The notes under the pieces were generated by a model. It did not search any database, was not told where the DNA came from, and was given only the letters and a program-made list of their open reading frames with translations. A stretch of 64,000 nucleotides of DNA from assembly GCA_036172245.1 (NCBI GenBank), contig JAYWIR010000028.1, positions 186,001 through 250,000 of the forward strand, read 5' to 3'. Source of the DNA: Raillietiella orientalis. Its lineage: Eukaryota. Positions 56,601 to 64,000 of the stretch are shown one piece after another; the stretch's first letter is position 1, and every line of letters starts with the position of its first letter. Position numbers and translations under genes: made by a program.

Positions 56601-59600
56601 GGATACGGGAAAGCGTTTGGCACGCCTCTTCCTCCACTCCCCCTCCCCTCCTCCTCTTCCCGAAAACTCTGCCACCACCTGAACGCCAAACGTTGCTCAA
56701 GACGGAGCGGTCCACGAGGCGATTTGAACCGAGGGTGGTCAGTTCCCCATGGGGATCTGGGACTTCTCGAGCACTCGTTCCACCCCCGGAAAGTCAAGGA
56801 GGTCCTGTCTGCAGCGAGGGGGCTCTAGCATGCCTCGCCCGAGCCAAAGTTTCTTCACGGCCCGCTCCCGAAAAAGGAGGGGAGGATGCGGAAAGATGGA
56901 GCTTCTGCTTAGGAAGCGGCGGAAGTGTCCATCCAGTCCGTGGGGGAAGCGGAGGTTAGTGGCCACTTCTGCTTCCGGTAATCCCCCCCCCCTCCCTCTC
57001 GGAGTTGCGTCCGATCCGAACCCGCGGTGGGCTGAGATCCGGCCCGTGAAGGATTCTTCTTCGAGACGGGAGCTCGAGTCTGCGGCGGCCGGATGGAAAG
57101 GAAAGGACGCTTCAACCACCGCCCCTTCCTCTTCTTCCGGCCGGTAGGAACCTTGCCCACGTCGAAAGCCACCTGACTGCTGAGGTCTCCGTGCATGGCA
57201 CCACCAAGCGTGGCGGGTTCGTATACTCGGAAAGAATCGACGCCTAGAGATGCAGGGTGAGTCATGAGTTTCGAGTTCCTACCGCGAGGTGATGCTGGAT
57301 GGCCTCTATTCATTCGGGTATGGCACCGGTGACGGCTCAAACCTGATGCCCCCGATAAGTGGCCGGGATGGGGAGTCGACCTCTCAGAAATCAAAGAGTG
57401 GGAGTTCCTATCCGGTTGTGCAGAGGGAACCTTCCCCTCCGGGGGAAACCCTGCGTTCCGTACCATGAAGCTGTCGCCACCTCCAGAGAGGGGATTACTG
57501 ATATCTCCAGGTGATGAGAGGCACTTCCTCCATCCCACTCTTCTTCGCCCTCGTACCTCAGAAACAGCGGTCCGTTCTTCAACCAAAGACCTTCTATCCC
57601 TCCCCAGCCCCCATCAAAACGGAGGGAGGGGGCAGAAACACACGAAGACGACGGGACCTGCTTCTTTGGCTCCGCGAAAGGTCAGGGGCGCAGCGAGGAG
57701 GTGGACGCTCGCCGGGAATGACTGGGCACCTCCCCTTCTTCTCTCCGGAACGTGGGTGTGGGACTCGCCGCCTCCACCTCTTTGCCGTTCCCAGGGTTCT
57801 CACGCGTGGCGGCAGGTGCGGTCACCCCATAGGGGACCAAGTGCGTGGGCTGCGCGGTCCACCGACGCCATGATCCCTCCCGTGTCCCGGCCGCACAATC
57901 GACCCCAAGCTACCCCTCCTTCTGGAACGAGGAGAGCTCCCGGAAAGGGTTCCGTGAGGTGCCAGCCGCCCGTGGCAAGCCGGAATCCATCATCCCCATC
58001 CTCTACCTGCCGCGTGAGGTCCGGGAGCTTCCCTGCAACGACTGACTCCCGAGTCTTGCCAGTGGGTAGTTATGAGAGCGAATGGATCACCCCGAGCATT
58101 TCTCTCCCCTCGCCTCAGCGGGCCAAGTGCTGTGGAACCTCGTCGTCTCCTTCCTCCCGCCGCTCACACGGCGACGGCTCCCACTCCTCCCTCCTGGAAT
58201 AGCTACTCCGAGGATCCGCTTGCCGCGTCCAACTTCCTAGTGGGCAGCCCTGGCTTCGCGATCCCTCATCTCCTTCCCCTGCCTGGATGAATGGCGGAAC
58301 TCCCTTTCCTCTAGGGATGCCGGCTATCCTGGATGTCCTCCGGAGACGGAGCGGCGGAGCGAGATCAAGGAAAGGAGAAGGGAAGCTTCTGCTTTTCCCC
58401 TGGAGCCTCCAGAAGGGAGGAGCACTCGAAAGGAGATACTGGGGGGAGGAAAGGCGGCATCCCGGCTGCTGTGCGCCGTCCTTGAAGGCTGCTCACCCAT
58501 TCACTCGGGCCGTGTCCTCGGATAGCCCGGGCAAACGAAGGGATGAAAAAGCGTCTGACTGCCATCTTGGGGTGCCATTCGAGAGGATGACGGCCTCCGG
58601 ATCGACATCTGGTGCTGCCTGCCTTCCATGCGCGTATCTTGAAAGAGGAAGAGGTGCCCTTCGGCTCTCCCTGGCCCTTCGACCAGACCAACAAGAAGCG
58701 ACGGTCCCTGGTAACGGGGGCGCCGCGTCGCCGTCCACTCCATGGCCGCCACATGCGCGCGACCGCTTCCACCGTCGCTTCTTCCGTTGCGGTCGCTGTC
58801 TGAGTATGCCATTGTTGTCAGTTCCTTCGTCACGGTGGCCGCTGGCAACAGTGTGCTCTCACTGACTTTGTCATGCCAACCGCGGGTCGCGATCGCTTCC
58901 GGGAAGTGAAAACCGGGAAAAAAAAGAGGAGGGAGAGTGAGGAAACAGAAACGCCTCCTGGAACTGCTGCTGCTGCCGCTGCGCGGAGGCGCCGGACGAC
59001 CCCTCGTTGCTGCGTCTCGAGGCCGCTGCTCCTCTCCTCGACGCCAGCCTCCGGCGACGGCGACTGTGCTTCCGAGGAGAGGCGGGCGTGGAGGCACGGA
59101 GGGGAGCGGGAAGGTCCAAGCCGCCGCACCCTCCTACGGCGCCTCGCAACTCTAGGGAGGTGACCTCGCTCGGGATCTCCAGAGAAGCGCACAACTCTCC
59201 CAGCGCACGCGCGCGCTCCCGGGTAGCATCCTCCGGGGAGTCCACTGAGCCTTCTTCCCAGAGGCTTGCCCCGTGATTGACCAGGGGGCACCGGCGGGTA
59301 GGGGAGGGGCAGGAAAGTGGGGCTCTCGGAGAAGGTAAGGAAGGCGAGGTGGGGTGATGGAGGAGCGTTTGCCCTTCCCCAGCGGCTCAGCTGCTTCCCC
59401 TTGTAGCCTTTGATCCCGGCCTTCCTGAAATTGCTTAACTCATTGATGTGCTCTTCCAGGACAAGATCCGGCTCCTTCATGAGGATCTGGAATCGGAACG
59501 GGAGATCCGGCAGAGGGTAGGCATCCCTCCTCAAGCACACCCTCAGGGCATGGAACGAACTCTCACCCCTCTCTCACGTTCTTCCAGGTCGAGCGGGAGA

Positions 59601-62600
59601 AGGCGGACCTGGCGGTGCAGGTCATTCAGCTGTCCGAGCGTCTGGAAGAGGCTGAAGGAGGAGCCGAGAGCCAGGTGGGTCCTTTGTCCCTCTCTCGTTG
59701 GGGATCTCTCCCCTGCATCCCTCGCCAACCTTGTTCCCCGACAGCACTCAACCGGTCCCCGACCGGCGGGGATGGCGACTCGGTCCGCTTCCTCTCGTTC
59801 CACGTCCCTTCTCCTTCCTGCCGATCTCTCACGAAGGAGGGGTGAGATCAGGGAGAGACTAGGGGAAGCTTTTGCTCTTCTCCTGGAGCCTCCAGAAGGG
59901 AGGAGCACTCGAAAGGAGATACTGGGAGGGGGGAGGCGGTATCCCCGGCTGCTACGCGCCGTCCCTTGAGGCTGCTCGCCCACTCGGGCCCTATCCTCGG
60001 ATAGCCCGGGCAAACGAAGGCAGACAATCCGAGGAGATAGCAAAGCTTCTGGATCTCCTGAACCCACAGCTCCGCCCTCCCTCCTACCCTTAGCCTCCTG
60101 GATGGAGCGCCAAGCTCTTCCAGAACGGAGGACGATGGTCCATCCACCAAACCTCCGGGTTCCGGGGAGACCGGAAGGACGACCGTTCTCCCGGAAGCCC
60201 TGAGTCTTTCCTTCAGGATCCATCGTCCTGTCCGTCGCTCTAAGGGGAGAGGAGCACCCACGCGGCTCCCCGAGGCTAGCGCCGAGGAGGCCCTGCCCTG
60301 GAGCCGAGTGGTGGCATCTGGGGGAGAGCCTCCAGGAGTGCTATCGCCTTGGGGGGTGAGCATGGGGGTGGGCGAGGGCGGATTCGTCCACAGAGGGGGT
60401 GTGCCGACCTTGCTCAGGCATCACCACTCGGCTCCTCTAGAGCAGGGGCCCCAGGGTCTTCTGAAGCATCCCCAGCCTTCTGCCTCCACCTGTCTTTCCT
60501 TGTCCCCCTCTGTTAGGGTCAGGCACCGCGGGAGGGGGCAGAAACTACCCCCCCCACCCACAAGGACTGATGCCTCCAGCACAAAACACGGGGACCGGAT
60601 GCCTCTCTTTCCAGTTCGAGCTCAACAAGAAGAGGGACGCCGAGCTGTCCAAGCTAAGAAAACTCCTGGAGGACGTCCATCTGGAGTCGGAGGAGACCGT
60701 CCACCTCCTCCGCAAGAAGCACCAGGAATCCGTCGCCGACTTCCAGGACCAGATCGACAGCCTGACGAAGACGAAAGCCAAGTACGTGTCCACTGCCAGT
60801 GGGCAGCCGCTCCCTTGGGCCACAGCATCGCCCGCTCTCATCTTTCAGGTCCGAGAAAGAGAAGGCGAAGCTGCAGCAGGAGATCTTCGAGCTGGTGTCG
60901 CAAGTGGAGAACGCTAACAAGGACAAGGTACGGAGGCGGCGGCGCTGGTGGGCGGGCCCTCCCACGCTTATCGCTTCCGAAGATGAACCACTTCAAGCAC
61001 GTGGAGAAGCTGGAGATCACCATCCATGAGATCTCCATTAAGTGCGAGGAGCTCAGCCGGACGGTTTCCGACCTCAGCGCTCACAAGACCAAGATCCACC
61101 AGGTGAGGAGGGAGAGGCCGCCTCCGCGGCCTGCCCTGAGGCACGCGCGAGCGTCCCTTTTCCAGGAGAACGTGGAGCTCATCAAGAGCGTCCAGGAGCT
61201 GAAGGCCACTATCGAGAACCTGAGCTACTCGAAGCAGCAGGTGTCCAGCCACCTGGAAGAGCTCAAGAGGCAACTGGAGGAGGAGAACAGGGTGCGTACA
61301 CCTCCCGTGCGCGTGTATGCGCGGGTGGGTGGGAGGGGCGGCTCCTGACCGAAGTAAAGCCAACCCTGCCTGAAGCGGGCGGCAGACCTTTTCGAGTGGG
61401 AGGCCAGCGCGTCCACCACGTGGTCGCAGAGGTGGGAGGAAGCTCAGATCAGAGATGCCTGCTCTCGTGCCCTGGAGGCACCCAGCAGACCCAACGACTA
61501 CCGATCTCGGGGCCGTCTGAGCAGGCACAGATCGTCCACCCCAGCGCTATCTGCAACGATCCCCGCGAAGTGCTTCCGAGGCTGCCCCAGAGCCATCTCA
61601 GGACATCGCAGCAAACTGTCCTCCCCCTCCTCTTCGTCTCTGCACCCCTTTCCTCAAGCTCGCGGAGATCGTAAAGACAGCCCATTTGTCTGAGGTGTCC
61701 TTAAAGAAAACTTCGCAGTCTCGGGAGCTTCGCTCCTCGACCAGCGGCACCACTAAGACTCGTGGTTGCAAGAAGGGGAAGAGAGGACATGGAGCCACAG
61801 GACAGGGGGTGCAGCCCCCATCGTCACCCTCCCTCTCTTCCCCCCGGAAACTGCCGTCCGCAGCTTCCGACCTCTCAATCCGCCCGCTGCGGCACCGAGC
61901 TGCGGCGGAGAGCTCAGACCTACCCGACTGGCAGAGGGACTTCTGGTCGGGGGCTGCAGTGCAGCATCTTCCTTCAGTTTTCGGCCGCGGACTCTCCCCC
62001 GCGCGCTCCTCGAGTTCCCGACGACTTCCTTCCTCTCTCGGGTTAACTCCCACCCCGCCCTCCGCTGTCCGATCGCTGCAGGGGATGGTGAGGAGGAAAA
62101 AATGCCGCTCCACCCAGGGGATCTAACGAAGGGCTTTCCCCGTCGCTTAGAAACGCTGCGCGTTCGAGAACCAGCTGCACAACACCGAGATGGAGCTGGA
62201 ATCGGCGCGCATGCAGCTGGAGGAGGAGTCGGAGACCAGGATGGACCTCGAGCGGCAACTATCGAAGGCGAACGTCGACGCCATGACCTGGAAAAACAAA
62301 TACGAGACCGAGGTGTCTTCGAGGATCGAGGAAATCGAGGAGATCAAGTGAGAACCTTCCTTCTTCTCCTGCGCTACCGCGCCCCTGAGAAGCACCCACG
62401 ACCCCACGCGCTCTCCTTTCCCTCAGGAAGAAGTACTTGATCAGAATCACCGAACTTGAGGAGAACATCGAGACCCTCATCAGCAAGTGCTCCAGCCTGG
62501 AGAAGCAGAAGTCCCGCCTGCAGAGCGAGATCGAGGTCCTCATCATCGACCTGGAAAAGGTGAGCACCTGGCCTTGCGGTGGGAACAGGGGGTCGTCCAA

Positions 62601-63733
62601 GACGAGGGAGGGGGAGTCAGCTCTCAAAAGAGGAAAAGTCAAAAAAAAACAATGAGAAGGAGGAAGCAAGATCGTTCTCCTTAGAGAGAGTCGCCCTTCC
62701 GGAACAGGTGGCGCCTCCCCTCATTAGTGGTGGCGTCAGAATGGTTCCGCGAATGGACGCTCGCGTAGTCCTCCTTCCCTCTACACCTCCCTTCGGAATG
62801 TTCGCGGTGGCGACCCGCAAGACCTAGTGACCAAAGCGAGGTGGGAGCTATAGCGGGAAGCACCTGTCTAAGCGCCATCTAGAACGTTTCCTGTCAAGTG
62901 CTTCAGAATGCACTTCAGCATCATCTAGGGTCGTCCCTGAGAACTTTCGAACCGATTTGGGAATCTCGAACCGCACGCGGAGTTTCCTCCTCCTTGGACA
63001 CCTGCTCCCCCCGAGCTTCTGTGGCGGAGCTTTCCGGGCCTTCTGATGACCTTCCTCTGCGTCCTAGGCCAACGGCGTGGTGCATGACCTCCAGAAGAGA
63101 GCCGACCACCTGGAACGCATCAACGCGGACCTGAAGAACAAGCTGGACGAACTGTCCGTGCTGTACGAGAATGTCCAGAGGGACAACCGCAACAAGCACA
63201 CAGAGATCCAGCGCCTCATCCACGAGATAGAGAAGATCAAGGAGCAGAAGGAGCTGGTGATCCGGGAAAACAGGAAGCTTTCCGGTGCGAGCAGAATCCC
63301 TCTTCCACCCGCCCCTCCCGCCCACCCCGCGATCTGAGAGGGTACGAGGGGTTCTTTCCCCCCCCCCCCCGCTTTCCAGACGACCTTCAAGACACGAAGA
63401 ACAACCTGGTGGAGGTCAGCAGGCGGTGCCACGAGACGGAACTGGAATGTAGGAGGCTGGAGAGCGAGAAGGAGGAGCTCAGCGTGGCGTACAAGGAATG
63501 CGAGACGGTAAGCGCCTTCGGACAAGGAAACGCGTGGAGGATGGGGTGGGTTGGTGGTGTTGGCATGTCCGCGTCCGGGAGATCCGTGCTCCTGGACCCA
63601 TGCTCTGCTCTCCCTTCCAGCTACGCAAGCAAGAAGAGCAGCGCGCCAACCGGTTGGCATCCGAGTTCAGCCAGTACCGCCACGACATCGAAAAGAGGAT
63701 CCAGCAGAAGGAGGAGGAATTCGAGAGCATGAA
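53639..63733 (+). CDS. Prm: Paramyosin (long form), first 12 coding exons; the gene is expected to continue past the window
   Basis: Phase-consistent exons 53639-53755, 59460-59516, 59588-59674, 60615-60781, 60849-60927, 60983-61102, 61166-61291, 62151-62347, 62427-62559, 63068-63284, 63380-63507, 63621-63733. The translation [16 protein letters not shown]...[78 protein letters not shown]...[24 protein letters not shown] is recognisably arthropod-type paramyosin: short non-helical head, coiled-coil rod, no myosin motor domain. Confidence 0.96.
54308..56598. promoter_or_regulatory. Candidate muscle enhancer motifs in paramyosin intron 1
   Basis: Perfect MEF2 site CTAAAAATAG at 55990-55999; near-MEF2 CCAAAAATAG at 54308-54317 and CTATTTTTAC at 54983-54992; perfect CArG CCTATTTTGG at 56589-56598. 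Confidence 0.55.
58361..58541 (+). repeat. Dispersed repeat C copy 1 (about 180 nt; paramyosin intron 1)
   Basis: cctggagcctccagaagggaggagcactcgaaaggagatactggg...tcctcggatagcccgggcaaacgaagg shared with 59844-60020. Confidence 0.88.
59844..60020 (+). repeat. Dispersed repeat C copy 2 (paramyosin intron 3)
   Basis: Direct-orientation match to 58361-58541. Confidence 0.88.
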
Positions 63734-64000
63734 GTATGCCCCGAGGGCATCCCTTGGAGGAGGGGGAAAGGGGAGACCTGATCGCGTGCGCACCGCGTTT
63801 CGTGCGAGCGCGGCGCCAATCGATGCAAGGGGAAGAGAGAGGAGACACCCACGGGAGCAAGGTGGGAGGGAACGCCGGCGGTGGCTGGCAAGAAAGGCCA
63901 GCCCCGAGCGGCTAAGGGGGACCTAGCGCGCGGCGTACGGTGAGCTACAGAGAGACCTCGTTCTTTCTGCTCCTCCCAGGCGCAGCGAATGAAACGCCGC

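Noticed and set aside
62705..62882. Two CTCF-like cores (CAGGTGGCGC, AGCGCCATCTAG) in a paramyosin intron
   Set aside because: Short GC-rich words expected by chance here; no independent support.
59460..63733. Myosin heavy chain rod as alternative identity
   Set aside because: The rod is preceded by a 39-aa paramyosin-type head exon and there is no motor domain.

Overview
Eukaryotic (ecdysozoan, most likely arthropod) genomic DNA with spliceosomal GT-AG introns; most of the six-frame ORF track is noise. I can reconstruct three protein-coding genes by hand. (1) A + strand multiplexin (collagen XV/XVIII family) gene, about 15.9-50.2 kb: putative signal-peptide exons, a TSPN/LamG exon, an unusually short collagenous segment (about 25 Gly-X-Y triplets), an NC1 trimerisation domain and an endostatin domain. 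(2) A 3-exon, - strand gene for a small divergent protein with two HMG boxes (20.1-21.9 kb). It is antisense to the multiplexin and probably nested in one of its introns, and no single ORF in the track shows it whole. (3) The first 12 coding exons of a + strand paramyosin gene (53.6 kb onward), with MEF2/CArG-type motifs in its long first intron. Non-coding features include several short dispersed repeat pairs, tRNA-derived SINE-like heads, a long alternating purine-pyrimidine tract, a higher-order C-rich minisatellite, an AT-rich island, weak retroelement relics and a rise in GC content at about 32 kb. I found no CRISPR, rRNA, intact tRNA or intact transposon. The most interesting items are the hidden antisense double-HMG-box gene and the 'mini-collagen' multiplexin. 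All family assignments come from motif recognition by eye, not from database searches.
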